A DNA stretch of 64,000 nt from Minisyncoccota bacterium (GCA_018062425.1 JAGOSH010000001.1:84957-148956), one strand, 5' to 3'; shown: positions 54,365 through 64,000, counted from the first letter of the stretch. The notes: generated from the letters alone by a model not told the origin. Numbers and translations: made by a program.

Positions 54365-55712
54365 CATACAGTTTTGGGGTGGGGCTGGTTCGGTTACTGG
54401 CTCCAATTTTCTTTTAGAAATCGACGGTAAAAAAATCCTGATAGACTGTGGGCTCAATCAGGGTACCAAGATGGCGGACGATATAAACTGGGAGCCGTTT
54501 CAATACGCAGTTAATACTGTGGATATTCTTTTTGTTACTCACGCCCATGTTGACCACCTGGGTCGGGTGCCTAAACTAATTAGTGAAGGTTTCCAGGGGA
54601 AAATATATTCAACTCTACCAACCAAGTCACTTGCTCAGCCAATGATCGAGGACACGGCTTTTATTTTAGGGCACAACAGAGAATTCGACCTTGCAGAAAT
54701 TTATTCGGAAAGTAATATAAAAACCTCACTGTCTTTGTGGGAGGGTTTTCCTTATTACGAAAAGATTCAGATAACCGACAACTTATCTTTTACTTTCTAT
54801 AATGCTGGTCACATACTTGGCTCAGCTATGATTTTGTTTACCTACAACGGCAAAAATATTTTGTTCACTGGAGACCTGGGTAATAGCCCTTCGCCAATAT
54901 TGCCAGATACAGACAAGGTAGAAGGTGTGGACTATTTGATCATGGAATCCGTCTACGGAGATCGTAACCACGAGTCACGAGATGAGCGCAAGAAACTGTT
55001 AGAGTCGGTTATCGAAGACAACTTCAAACAAAAGGGTACACTACTCATACCCACCTTTTCTCTCGAGCGTTCCCAAGAACTTCTTTTTGAGCTCAATGAC
55101 TTGGTAGAGAATAGACGAATTCCGATCATGCCGATTTTCTTTGATTCACCGCTCGCCATAAAATTGACTGAAATCTTCAAGCAATACAAAGAATACTTTA
55201 ATGAAAGTGCCAAAGCCGCCATGGTTCACGACAAATACATTTTTGACTTTCCTGGGCTCCACACAACGCTCAAGACCGAAGAGTCAAAGGTTATTTTCAA
55301 ATACCCAGATCCGAAAGTCATCATCGCTGGTAGTGGTATGTCCTCTGGGGGGCGTATTGTGCACCACGAGAAAGAACACTTACCAAATCCAAACAACACC
55401 ATACTACTAACTGGTTACCAGTCTGCGGGAACATTGGGCAGGCTCATTCAAGAAGGGGTCAAGACTATTCGTATCGCCGGGGAAGAAGTAAAGGTCAAGG
55501 CCAAAGTAGTAACTATTATGGGTTACTCTGGACACAAAGATTCAGACGCACTGATTAACTTTGTAGAAGAAATGCAGGAGACACTCAAAAAAGTTTTTGT
55601 GGTCATGGGTGAACCGAAGTCTTCTTTGTTCCTAGCGCAAAAACTGAAAGACAACCTGGGTCTCGATGCCGAGACTCCAAACATGGGGGACAGTGTTACC
55701 TTGGAGTGGTAA
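54348..55712 (+). CDS. MBL-fold beta-CASP family (RNA-metabolising) metallo-hydrolase
   Basis: HAHVDHLG motif, beta-CASP-length insert, C-terminal GYSGHKD. Confidence 0.8.
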   Translation: MQKKVNIQFWGGAGSVTGSNFLLEIDGKKILIDCGLNQGTKMADDINWEPFQYAVNTVDILFVTHAHVDHLGRVPKLISEGFQGKIYSTLPTKSLAQPMIEDTAFILGHNREFDLAEIYSESNIKTSLSLWEGFPYYEKIQITDNLSFTFYNAGHILGSAMILFTYNGKNILFTGDLGNSPSPILPDTDKVEGVDYLIMESVYGDRNHESRDERKKLLESVIEDNFKQKGTLLIPTFSLERSQELLFELNDLVENRRIPIMPIFFDSPLAIKLTEIFKQYKEYFNESAKAAMVHDKYIFDFPGLHTTLKTEESKVIFKYPDPKVIIAGSGMSSGGRIVHHEKEHLPNPNNTILLTGYQSAGTLGRLIQEGVKTIRIAGEEVKVKAKVVTIMGYSGHKDSDALINFVEEMQETLKKVFVVMGEPKSSLFLAQKLKDNLGLDAETPNMGDSVTLEW

Positions 55713-55730
55713 AAGTAATATAATAAAGAA

Positions 55731-56336
55731 ATGGATATTTCAAAAACTAACTCATATGATAAACACGGACACCAGCAGTTAAAGATCTGTGTTTCTGGTG
55801 CAGCTGAGACTGGACACTGTGGTATCGACGCGCTCGACAAAGCGAAAGAACTCGGCCGAGAAATTGCATTGTCTGGTGCAGTGCTATTAACCGGGGCAAC
55901 GACTGGATTTCCGCTTTGGGTAGCTATGGGTGCCAAAGAAGCAGGTGGGTTTGTAATAGGTTTCTCACCAGCAGCCAACGAACACGAACATGTGGAGGTT
56001 TACAAACTACCGCTTGATTATACAGATTTAATCATCTACACAGGTTTCGGCTACCCCGGACGCGATCTGCTACTGACTCGTTCGGCTGACGCTGTTATCT
56101 GTGGCTGTGGACGCATTGGCACTATTCACGAATTCACCGTGGCCTTCGAAGACAGGAAACCTATAGGCATCTACAAGGGTCCTTGGGAAATGGGAGACGA
56201 ACTTGAAAACATATTAGAGAAAAGTCACCGCACTGACGACAAGATAGTAGTTAGCGACGACGCCAAGAAAATAGTAGGGGACCTAACAGCCTTCGTCAAA
56301 CAAAACAAGATATCAGAATACAAGGTAACTAAATAA
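55731..56336 (+). CDS. LOG/SLOG-like Rossmann protein (TIGR00725-like)
   Basis: ICVSGAAETGHCG, LLTGATTG and ADAVICGCGRIGTIHEF motifs. Confidence 0.5.
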   Translation: MDISKTNSYDKHGHQQLKICVSGAAETGHCGIDALDKAKELGREIALSGAVLLTGATTGFPLWVAMGAKEAGGFVIGFSPAANEHEHVEVYKLPLDYTDLIIYTGFGYPGRDLLLTRSADAVICGCGRIGTIHEFTVAFEDRKPIGIYKGPWEMGDELENILEKSHRTDDKIVVSDDAKKIVGDLTAFVKQNKISEYKVTK

Positions 56337-56345
56337 AAGATATAT

Positions 56346-57329
56346 ATGGGCAAAGAAGGCTTTTCAAATAGCAGGAGAAATTTTTTAAAAACAGGCTTTA
56401 CTTTACTGGCTGGAGCTGCGGCACTTTCTGCTTTACCTCAATTGGCTGCTTGTGAAAGAATTGATGAAAAGGAACAAATAAAAAAGTTCTTTAAAGAATA
56501 TAATGAAAAATACCCCACTATAGGAGACAAAATAATCGAGCAAAAATCTTGGTTTTTGAAATATATGGATTCTCCAATCTACAAGAAGTTATTAACTGAA
56601 GAGATAAAAAAAGACACGCCCCATTGGGATGAGTGGGGAGAGTTCGGAGAATGGGTAGAATATAACATAAAAGGAAGAAGGTCTTTGGTTGAAAATGTTA
56701 TTTTTGTATCTAAAGACGATCCAGGTGACCATAGGAAGTTATATGCTAAAAGAATTGCAACAGAAGAAATGTACAGACAAGACTTAGTCCCGATTAATAA
56801 CGGGATCAATGAAGATCCCGGCTCGCCTCGATACCCACAAGAAGTGAGTTTGGTTGTTATAAATATTGAAAGCCACGATCAAAGTAACCCAAATCCTTTT
56901 TGGAATAATACAGTTTTTTGTCACGAACTTCACCATGCTGCTGTTAAAAACGATGATTTGATATTAGTATCGACTTCAGATAGATTCCAAAAAAAATTAG
57001 CTAAAATACAGCTTAAAGATGGGCTTGAGTCATCTTATACTGAGTATGTATTGGACCCCGGAGAAAACATGGCCGCGATAATTGAAGCAAGAAAAGCTCT
57101 ACACGATTTGGGGAAGATGGATGGTTTTAAAGATAAATTTACGGAGGGGCACATAGAATATTTAAAAAAATATGCAAAGGATATATTCCTTGAATCTACG
57201 GTTATGACCAGCTTCCTTTTTAGTGATTATATGAAAAATAACCATATATCCAACAAAAACTTATCAGACATGATGAACAACTTCGCTGGTCTGTCTGCCC
57301 CTGAAGACTCGAACTCTAGAATGAGCTAA
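56346..57329 (+). CDS. Tat-signal lipoprotein-like putative HExxH metalloprotein (paralog A)
   Basis: SRRNFLK twin-arginine motif, LAAC lipobox-like, FCHELHH, C-terminal EDSNSRMS. Confidence 0.6.
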   Translation: MGKEGFSNSRRNFLKTGFTLLAGAAALSALPQLAACERIDEKEQIKKFFKEYNEKYPTIGDKIIEQKSWFLKYMDSPIYKKLLTEEIKKDTPHWDEWGEFGEWVEYNIKGRRSLVENVIFVSKDDPGDHRKLYAKRIATEEMYRQDLVPINNGINEDPGSPRYPQEVSLVVINIESHDQSNPNPFWNNTVFCHELHHAAVKNDDLILVSTSDRFQKKLAKIQLKDGLESSYTEYVLDPGENMAAIIEARKALHDLGKMDGFKDKFTEGHIEYLKKYAKDIFLESTVMTSFLFSDYMKNNHISNKNLSDMMNNFAGLSAPEDSNSRMS

Positions 57330-57361
57330 ATAACCTCCTAAAGCATACGTCACTTAATACC

Positions 57362-58375
57362 ATGAAAACACCTGAATTTTCACCAGAACGAAGAAAGTTT
57401 CTAAGGAATTCTTTAGAAGCGACTGCAGCGGTTGTGCTAGCTCCAGCAGAGAAGGTGACCAGGTTATTTGAAAACAAAGAGGAAGATTTAGAACAAAAAC
57501 ACATAAAGGATTGCATTGCTGAATACAATAAAAAGTATCCAGAAATAAAAGATAAAATTAGAGAACAGAAAAAATGGTTTTTAAGGTACATGGATTCTGA
57601 TTTGTATAAAAAGCTTTTGGCTAAAGAGATGGAGAGAGCTTTAGGTGTTTTGGCTGAATCCAGCGACAGTGAGAAGAAAACCCTGAAAGAGTTCGTGAAT
57701 TCTGAGTTGAAAGATAGAAAATTGAAAGTAAAAAATATAAAATTTTTTATAGATCATACAATAGAAGGTAGTATTGATGCTTACACAACAATATTGAATA
57801 TTAATGATATTTCCGATCTTAGTAGAGTAGAATATCTCGGCAACAGAGAGGACCTGCCAAAAGAAGAGAGTTTTATGGGGGTTGTAGTTAACGAAATACC
57901 TTTCAATTCAGATTGTCTGAATAACTTCGAAGGGGTCAGTGTTTTTTGTCACGAATTGCATCATATTTCTCTAACAAAAATAAAATCTGCAGAGACGCAG
58001 CCGGTAAAAAAAACTGATGATATTTTTAAAGACAAACTTTTGCAAAGTAGTTTAGATAGCACTCAGGTTGGATCTGGTAAAGAGGCGTATGTTCTAAGCA
58101 CAGCAGAGAATATGGCTAGAATCATAGCTGTACGTAAAACTTTGTTCCAGCTGGGGAAGATGAAGTCTTTTAAAGATGAATTTACTGAAAAACATATTGA
58201 GTATATAAAGAAATACCTCGATGATTTGTTCCCAAAGACATCCTTTATTCGTTATCTTTTTAGTGGGGAGCTTAAAAAAGAAAATAAAGCTATCGACAAT
58301 CAAACACTGCTTGAATTAATGAACAGTTTTGCTGATGTTTTTGAATCTGAAGATCTAAATAGTAGAATGAGCTAA
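57362..58375 (+). CDS. Tat-signal putative HExxH metalloprotein (paralog B)
   Basis: ERRKFLR, FCHELHH, C-terminal EDLNSRMS; collinear similarity to 56346..57329. Confidence 0.6.
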   Translation: MKTPEFSPERRKFLRNSLEATAAVVLAPAEKVTRLFENKEEDLEQKHIKDCIAEYNKKYPEIKDKIREQKKWFLRYMDSDLYKKLLAKEMERALGVLAESSDSEKKTLKEFVNSELKDRKLKVKNIKFFIDHTIEGSIDAYTTILNINDISDLSRVEYLGNREDLPKEESFMGVVVNEIPFNSDCLNNFEGVSVFCHELHHISLTKIKSAETQPVKKTDDIFKDKLLQSSLDSTQVGSGKEAYVLSTAENMARIIAVRKTLFQLGKMKSFKDEFTEKHIEYIKKYLDDLFPKTSFIRYLFSGELKKENKAIDNQTLLELMNSFADVFESEDLNSRMS

Positions 58376-58376
58376 T

Positions 58377-58406
58377 TAAAAAACCCTCGCATAACGAGGG
58401 TTTTTT
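58377..58406. terminator. bidirectional terminator
   Basis: AAACCCTCG/CGAGGGTTT flanked by A-run and T-run. Confidence 0.75.
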
Positions 58407-58416
58407 AATTTAGAGT

Positions 58417-58761
58417 TTATTTTAATTTCGCTAGGACTCTTTTGAATGTCTCTGGAGAGTTCTCGGCCAAGTCGGCTAGGATCTTGCGATCGAGGGCGAT
58501 GCTTTTCTTCTTCAGGGCATCTATCAGCTTGGAGTAGGTGAGGCCGCTTTCACGAGAAGCTGCATTGATCTTTAGGTTCCAAAGTTTACGGAAATCAGCC
58601 TTCTTGTCTTTGCGATGAGCAAAAGCGTAGGTACCAGCGTGTAGTAGACCTTCTTTAGCCTGACGTTCCTTGGTGCTACGGCCATGACGAAAACCTTTGG
58701 CCTGCTTTAGGATACTTCTCCTTCTTTTTAATGCGTGAACTCCTTTCTTTACTCTTGTCAT
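58417..58761 (-). CDS. rplT: 50S ribosomal protein L20
   Basis: MTRVKKGVHALKRRR... sequence. Confidence 0.95.
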   Translation of the reverse strand: MTRVKKGVHALKRRRSILKQAKGFRHGRSTKERQAKEGLLHAGTYAFAHRKDKKADFRKLWNLKINAASRESGLTYSKLIDALKKKSIALDRKILADLAENSPETFKRVLAKLK

Positions 58762-58804
58762 GTTTTTTAAAAATTACTAATTAATTATCAGTTGATTTCT
58801 CTTT

Positions 58805-58990
58805 CTAGGAGAAAGGCATCAAGTGGCTTTTTGGCTTATTCTTCATTTTGAAGTTAACACCTTTCTTGCCGGCTAACTGTGTGCCACGTGACTGCTTGGC
58901 GTTGAAATGGTTAAAACCAGGCTTACGTCCGATCAACTTTCCATTCTTGGTCAGCTTAAGTCTCTTTGTGTATGATTTGTTTGTTTTCAT
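58805..58990 (-). CDS. rpmI: 50S ribosomal protein L35
   Basis: KTNKSYTKRLKLTKNGK sequence; infC-rpmI-rplT order. Confidence 0.9.
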   Translation of the reverse strand: MKTNKSYTKRLKLTKNGKLIGRKPGFNHFNAKQSRGTQLAGKKGVNFKMKNKPKSHLMPFS

Positions 58991-59026
58991 CCCGATAATA
59001 AAACTTGCCTAAAATTTAATAATAAA

Positions 59027-59533
59027 TTATTTCGCTTTTTCTATTGCAACCGCAAGTCCTTTTGGACCTCTTTTGTAATTCTCGGATATTTTGTAGTTCC
59101 CAGTAATCAAATGAAGTACTCGGTCGAGGCGTTCCCGAAGGAATTTGTCGTCCATGTACTTGGCTCGGCCGGCTAGGAAAAGTTCTATCTTTATCCTGTG
59201 TCCTTCCTCAAGCCATTTCGAAGCAGTTCTCGCTTTCAGTCCCAAATCGTGGTCACCGGTACCTATTTTAATCTGGATAGATTTGGTTTCGGTTGGTTTC
59301 GAACCTTGTTTGGTTTTCTTTAGCTTCTTGCTTTGCTCGTATTGATACTTGCCGAAATTCATAATTTTCGCCACTGGCGGGTTCGCCATAGGAGAAATTT
59401 CAATCAAATCAAGCCCTACTTTCTCAGCTTCCATCAAGGCCTCTTTGAGGCTCAAGACGCCGAAATTTTCATTATCAGCACCTATGACTCGAAGTTCTGC
59501 CGCTCGTATTTGATTGTTGATTCGTTCACGCAA
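59027..59533 (-). CDS. infC: translation initiation factor IF-3 (TTG start)
   Basis: INNQIRAAELRVIG...; the start codon is TTG on the minus strand at 59533-59531. Confidence 0.92.
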   Translation of the reverse strand: MRERINNQIRAAELRVIGADNENFGVLSLKEALMEAEKVGLDLIEISPMANPPVAKIMNFGKYQYEQSKKLKKTKQGSKPTETKSIQIKIGTGDHDLGLKARTASKWLEEGHRIKIELFLAGRAKYMDDKFLRERLDRVLHLITGNYKISENYKRGPKGLAVAIEKAK

Positions 59534-59557
59534 GTTAAATTAGCTAAAGCTAGGTAG

Positions 59558-59586
59558 ATATTAGCCTAACTTTCCATAAAAGTCAA
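59558..59586 (-). promoter_or_regulatory. sigma70-like promoter TTGACT-17-TAATAT for infC-rpmI-rplT
   Basis: Minus-strand TTGACT (plus 59581-59586) and TAATAT (plus 59558-59563). Confidence 0.55.
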
Positions 59587-59603
59587 CCAAAATTAAGCAC
59601 TCG

Positions 59604-60365
59604 TTAGGAACTCATTTCCTTGATGATTTGGTCCATCAGGAGGCCAGCAGGGAGGCGGTCACCCAATAGGGGTACGAAATAGTCACCCTCAACTCGGGTT
59701 TGGTCAGCGGATACCGACACCCCGGCGGCATCGATCATCTCTTTATCGTTTAAATTATCCCCAATAGCTAGGACCTGGTCCTTGGAGAGTCCCAAGTGTT
59801 TGGTGAAGGTATTAAGCCCGATGGCCTTGTTTTGGATACCTTTGACCCCGATGTCATAGGCTTCGCCGTTCCAGATGCTGTATAGGTTGTCATAGGCGCC
59901 GACTATCTCCTCGATCTCGGTGACTCGCTTGTCGCAGTGGATGGTGATGATGAATTCTTTTGGTTCGAAGCCTTTTACTTCTTCGTAACGTTCCTCAATA
60001 CCGCGCAGTTTGAGAAAAGCATCTTTCAGGTATTCGAAACTGTTCACGTGTTGAATAATTTCTCCTTTGTGCCAGGTAGCACTGCCGTTTTCATAAGTCA
60101 GGCTGGTGAAGGGAAGTATGTCGCGGAAAATGTCTTGGAGCATGTACAGTCCACGTCCGGAATTTATGTTGACCAGGAATCCAAGTTCGTGCAATTTCTT
60201 GATTTGCTCTATTTCCTCTGGGCCTATGTGTTTGGTTTCCAGTGTAGTCGTATTGTTCCTTTGTTTTATATTGGTTCCACGGTGTACCAATACACCGTCC
60301 ACATCAAAAACAACCAGTTTAATATTTTTCAAAACATCTTTCGTTAGTTCTTCAATTGGTTTCAT
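59604..60365 (-). CDS. HAD-superfamily hydrolase (IIB/Cof-like phosphatase)
   Basis: VVFDVDGVLV motif I, GDNLNDKEM motif IV. Confidence 0.75.
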   Translation of the reverse strand: MKPIEELTKDVLKNIKLVVFDVDGVLVHRGTNIKQRNNTTTLETKHIGPEEIEQIKKLHELGFLVNINSGRGLYMLQDIFRDILPFTSLTYENGSATWHKGEIIQHVNSFEYLKDAFLKLRGIEERYEEVKGFEPKEFIITIHCDKRVTEIEEIVGAYDNLYSIWNGEAYDIGVKGIQNKAIGLNTFTKHLGLSKDQVLAIGDNLNDKEMIDAAGVSVSADQTRVEGDYFVPLLGDRLPAGLLMDQIIKEMSS

Positions 60366-60436
60366 GGTTGAATTATAACACTTCGATTATAAAAATGAGA
60401 AAGGCCACGGGAGTGTCCAGTGGACTCTCTCGTGGC

Positions 60437-60694
60437 CTAAAAAATATTGAAAATACAAACGGCCAGTGAAATTACGGCGCCAAGGGCGCTGAAACCCGCT
60501 GCAACGAACCAGTCGTCGCGGTTATCTGTGCGAACGGTTTTCTTACCTTTTTTTCTGAGATATGTAAACTCCTCAGTGTAGGTAAACACCACTGTTTTCC
60601 ATTGGATTTTTGTTTTTAAACCCTTTTGGTAGAAAAAAAATGATGCGACAGCAAGAATAACTGTCAGGATTGCGGAAAAAATTATGGTAGCCAT
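60437..60694 (-). CDS. small two-TM membrane protein
   Basis: Hydrophobic N- and C-terminal segments; 85 aa. Confidence 0.4.
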   Translation of the reverse strand: MATIIFSAILTVILAVASFFFYQKGLKTKIQWKTVVFTYTEEFTYLRKKGKKTVRTDNRDDWFVAAGFSALGAVISLAVCIFNIF

Positions 60695-60866
60695 CGTTGT
60701 TGTATGGTTGGTTGTGAATGTGGTTCAAAGAGCCGAAAGGGGAGGAATACAGCTACTTAAACCACATCCAAAATCATTTTGGAAAGAGCCTTAATCCCCG
60801 CACAATATCATGCTTTATGAGAAAAGTCAATAGGTAGGGTGTCTTTAGCAATGCTAGTATTACTAC

Positions 60867-61310
60867 ATGGCGACATATGCTGAAAACAAAAGAGCCCGGT
60901 TTGATTACGAGATCCAGGAGAAATACGAATGCGGTATCGAACTTTTGGGTACCGAGGTCAAAGCCGTCCGTAGTGGCAAAGTCTCCCTCTTGGGGTCTTT
61001 CGTCATCATCCGCGGAGGAGAAGCGTTTCTGATTAACGCTAATTTTCAACCATACCAAGAAGCCAATGCACCAAAGGATTATGACCCACTTCGAAATCGC
61101 AAACTACTTTTGACCAAAAAAGAAATCCGAGAATTGGCCGACACCGAGAAAAACAAAAGTTTGACGATAGTGGCTATTTCGTTGTATAGTAAAAACCGCA
61201 AAATCAAAATGGATATTGCGGTGGCGCGAGGTAAAAAGAAGTTCGACAAACGCGAAACTATCAAGAAGCGTGAAACGGATATAGAGCTTCGCCGTCAGTA
61301 TAAGAGGTAG
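60867..61310 (+). CDS. smpB: SsrA-binding protein SmpB
   Basis: ENKRARFDYEI... sequence; immediately upstream of the tmRNA. Confidence 0.95.
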   Translation: MATYAENKRARFDYEIQEKYECGIELLGTEVKAVRSGKVSLLGSFVIIRGGEAFLINANFQPYQEANAPKDYDPLRNRKLLLTKKEIRELADTEKNKSLTIVAISLYSKNRKIKMDIAVARGKKKFDKRETIKKRETDIELRRQYKR

Positions 61311-61329
61311 AACGTTGATAAAAAAATAT

Positions 61330-61711
61330 GGGACTGCAAGGCATAGACAGTAAGCCGTCGTGCTAGCAATGCATGTCGAGGATGAACGCACGCTCGTTAA
61401 TAAGCGTTCAAAGCCTAATTGCAAAATTAGCATCAGCTAAAGTATCTTCATACTTCAGTATGAAGGACTTTACTCCAGCGTACGCTTTAGCGTAACTGGC
61501 GTCTTCTCCATCGACTTCCGATGCATGGATGAAGGTGTAATATTATCGGGATAAGGAAGTACCTGCTCACACACTTCACGAAAATTTAGAGCTCGACCGA
61601 AAGATATTTTGTTCGTTTAATAATCTTTTGGTTTAAACATTTAAACCAACTAAACATGTAGATTTGCTGGCGCACCCTTTCTGCACGGGGATTCAATTTC
61701 CCCCAGTTCCA
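61330..61711 (+). ncRNA. ssrA: tmRNA (ssrA), one-piece
   Basis: Acceptor GGGACTG/CAGTTCC with a G3-U70 pair, T-arm GGGGATTCAATTTCCCC, internal tag frame ending ...PAYALA-TAA at 61493-61495. Confidence 0.85.
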
Positions 61712-61716
61712 CAACC

Positions 61717-61750
61717 AAAAAAGAATTACCTGAACGGTGATTCTTTTTTT
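61717..61750 (+). terminator. rho-independent terminator after ssrA
   Basis: Stem 61717-61730/61736-61749 plus T7. Confidence 0.7.
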
Positions 61751-61803
61751 GTGTGCATAAAAATAAACTTTAAATTTATGATTTTTTGTGGCATACTCAT
61801 GCC

Positions 61804-62442
61804 ATGAAGATAAAAGAAAGGTATGAAAAGTACCAGATAATGCCAACACTGGCTGAACATATGTTACGGGTGGGAGCTGTTGCTAAGATACTAACTAGCC
61901 AAATTAAGGAATCAGGCTTTCCATCGAAAGAAATCATCTCTGCCTGTCTACTTCATGACATGGGTAATATTGTAAAATTTGATCTGGATAACGTCCCTGC
62001 GGGATTGGACATTCCCAACATAGAACATTGGAAAGAAGTTCAAAAAAAAGTGATAGACCAATATGGACTGGATGAACACGATGCTACTTATCAAATGGCC
62101 AAAGATATGGGTGTTTCTAAGGTAACATTAGACGCAATTTCTAACTGTGGTACCGCTAAAGCTAAAAAAGTTTTAGAAGAAAAAAGTATCCCTGCAATGT
62201 TTGTAACATATTCTGACTATCATGTTGCCCCAACTGAAATAGTTACGCCCGAAGATCGTTTAAACAATATTCTCATCAGGTATAAAAATACCCCCAAGTA
62301 TGAGGGGTATGTCAGAGACGGTAACAATGTTTTAGAGATTGCTCATTACTTAGAAAAGCAATACTCGCTGGATAAACAGCAAGTTAATGAAATATCTGTA
62401 AAAACTGTCGTTTCAGAACTCCTCGAATGGGAATTGGTATAA
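61804..62442 (+). CDS. HD-domain phosphohydrolase (track ORF starts at 61786)
   Basis: H...LLHDMGN motif; TGgCATACT lies 6 nt before the ATG at 61804. Confidence 0.65.
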   Translation: MKIKERYEKYQIMPTLAEHMLRVGAVAKILTSQIKESGFPSKEIISACLLHDMGNIVKFDLDNVPAGLDIPNIEHWKEVQKKVIDQYGLDEHDATYQMAKDMGVSKVTLDAISNCGTAKAKKVLEEKSIPAMFVTYSDYHVAPTEIVTPEDRLNNILIRYKNTPKYEGYVRDGNNVLEIAHYLEKQYSLDKQQVNEISVKTVVSELLEWELV

Positions 62443-62513
62443 GTTAAAAGTATCACAAGCACCTTTTTGCCGGCTATAGTTTGGGTTATTATTTTGTGTT
62501 ACAATTCATTAAT

Positions 62514-63029
62514 ATGGCAATAAATCAAAAACCAGATGTACATAATCTTATAATGTGTACCAATATTTTTATAAGGAAAGATGGCAAGTGGCTTCTCATG
62601 AAACGTTCGCCTCAAAAGAAATTTGCTCCAGATGTTGTGCATCCTTTTGGGGGCAAAATAGATCTCAACGAAAATCCTTTTCTTGGGGCTAAACGAGAAA
62701 TATTAGAGGAAACTGGCCTGCAAGTTAAAAACATTAAATTAGAAGCTGTAATTCTTGAAATTACACCCGTAAAAGATCGAGACGAAAATTGGCTAATTTT
62801 CCACTTTTCTGCTGACTACGACTCAGGAGAACTTATTGAAAGCGAGGAAGGTTTGCCTGTATTTTTGACTGATGAAGAAGTTAAAAAAGAAAAACTATTC
62901 CCATCTGTAAGAGTTATGATTGATAATATTATTAATCCGTCTGATGGCACAGCTTTTGCAACAGTATCTTACAATGAAGATGGAAGTGTTAATACATCAA
63001 CACTTAAACTAGACATTTGTTCACTTTGA
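62514..63029 (+). CDS. NUDIX hydrolase (track ORF starts at TTG 62481)
   Basis: Nudix box GGKIDLNENPFLGAKREILEETGL. Confidence 0.85.
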   Translation: MAINQKPDVHNLIMCTNIFIRKDGKWLLMKRSPQKKFAPDVVHPFGGKIDLNENPFLGAKREILEETGLQVKNIKLEAVILEITPVKDRDENWLIFHFSADYDSGELIESEEGLPVFLTDEEVKKEKLFPSVRVMIDNIINPSDGTAFATVSYNEDGSVNTSTLKLDICSL

Positions 63030-63092
63030 TCAATAACCTTAACACGGTTCACGATTTCAGAATCTGAAGTTTTTGTGTTAATATACCCCGGT

Positions 63093-64000
63093 ATGAATCT
63101 AAATTTTTTGAATAAAGACGAGGAAAAAGGGAAGGGTAAGAAGAAGGGCAAAGAACCGAAGTTTTTCGGCAGTATTGCCTCGACCATTTTCATTTTCATG
63201 ATATTAACTGGCCTTTATTTGGCGCTCTCCGGTAGTGGGGAGAAAAAGGAAGCTCTAGTACCTATCTCCGAAGTTGCTCAAAGTGTTACTCGCGGGGAAG
63301 TGCAAGACATCTTGGTTGAAGGCGAGAAACTTTCCGTAACCTTCACCAACGGATCCATCAAAGAATCCAAAAAAGAACCCGAAGCATCGCTCTCGGAAAC
63401 ACTCGCTAATTACGGAGCGACCAAAGAAGAACTATCGAAAGTTAAAATAGAAATAAAAAATGAATCTGGTTTCGGCTACTGGCTAGGCAGTATTTTGCCT
63501 TTTGCTTTACCGATACTTTTCATAATTTTTTTCTTCTGGTATTTATCCCGCTCGGTGAAGGGTGCAGGCATGCAGGCATTTACCTTCGGGCAATCCAAAG
63601 CTCGCATCACGGACCCGAATGACAAAAATAATAAAGTTACCTTCAAAGACGTAGCCGGTTGCAAGGAAGCTAAAGAAGAATTGAAAGAAATTGTAGACTT
63701 TCTAAAGAGTCCAAAAAAATTCCTAGATATCGGAGCGCGGATTCCAAAAGGTGTCATGCTCACTGGTGGACCGGGTACTGGTAAAACTCTGCTAGCGCGA
63801 GCTGTAGCCGGGGAAGCGTCAGTACCATTTTTCCACTTGTCCGGTTCCGAATTCGTAGAGATGTTCGTTGGTGTTGGTGCGTCCCGCGTACGTGACCTAT
63901 TCAAAATGGCTAAGCGTGCAGCACCAGCTATCATATTCGTCGACGAAATAGACGCCATCGGCCGAACCCGTGGTGGAGGCTTTGGTGGTGGAAACGATGA
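63093..64000 (+). CDS. ftsH: ATP-dependent zinc metalloprotease FtsH, 5' partial (runs off the window)
   Basis: Two TM segments, then [17 protein letters not shown] Walker A and IIFVDEIDA Walker B; open to the end of the window. Confidence 0.93.
   Translation, partial: MNLNFLNKDEEKGKGKKKGKEPKFFGSIASTIFIFMILTGLYLALSGSGEKKEALVPISEVAQSVTRGEVQDILVEGEKLSVTFTNGSIKESKKEPEASLSETLANYGATKEELSKVKIEIKNESGFGYWLGSILPFALPILFIIFFFWYLSRSVKGAGMQAFTFGQSKARITDPNDKNNKVTFKDVAGCKEAKEELKEIVDFLKSPKKFLDIGARIPKGVMLTGGPGTGKTLLARAVAGEASVPFFHLSGSEFVEMFVGVGASRVRDLFKMAKRAAPAIIFVDEIDAIGRTRGGGFGGGND

Noticed and set aside
1-64000. Alternative genetic code (UGA recoding, as in some CPR lineages).
   Set aside because: Conserved genes are intact under code 11, and TGA is used as a stop (for example 19961-63 and 63027-29). 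Nothing needs recoding.
1-64000. CRISPR arrays, transposases, integrases, prophage genes, toxin-antitoxin pairs or known defence systems.
   Set aside because: I found no spaced direct-repeat array and no recognisable recombinase, RT, Cas or nuclease-defence motifs in any frame.

Overview
The window is a compact, AT-rich bacterial fragment with almost no non-coding space. It is dominated by translation genes. These include secE-nusG-rplK, a heavily interrupted rpsL-rpsG-fusA-tuf (str) cluster, and a long S10/spc ribosomal-protein run from rpsJ to secY-adk-map. They also include infC-rpmI-rplT, smpB with tmRNA, tRNA-His and the 5' part of ftsH. Around these sit t6A genes (tsaD and a tsaC-tsaE fusion), dcd with a long ThyX-like gene, two P-type ATPases, an Nramp-like transporter and a MacAB-like ABC exporter. 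Nucleotide kinases, a VirD4/TraG-like ATPase and many hypothetical secreted or membrane proteins are also present. No L30, L29 or L1 gene lies at the expected operon position, L15 is short, several genes are fused, and many ribosomal proteins carry Lys-rich tails. Together these features fit a CPR/Patescibacteria-like streamlined genome; this taxonomic call is inference, not proof. I found no CRISPR array, transposase, integrase or rRNA. The observations most worth a second look are: (1) About 20 genes have a (TGn)TAnnAT box only 6-9 nt before the ATG, which implies leaderless mRNAs. (2) Translation-apparatus operons instead use TTGACA/-10 promoters followed right at the predicted +1 by a short hairpin and T-run. 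(3) A two-gene island between the ABC exporter and tuf encodes a protein with an unmistakable Bacteroidota-type T9SS type-B C-terminal sorting domain, and both genes are preceded by the same conserved hairpin element. (4) There are stand-alone promoter-to-terminator units: a 6S-like structured RNA, a unit with a CU-rich anti-SD-like stretch, and a 30-aa hydrophobic peptide unit. (5) Tandem twin-arginine-signal HExxH paralogs share a C-terminal tail. (6) A TrmB-like regulator with TTGTACAA operator repeats is inserted into the S10 operon. All coordinates and motifs were read by eye; no searches or folding calculations were run.
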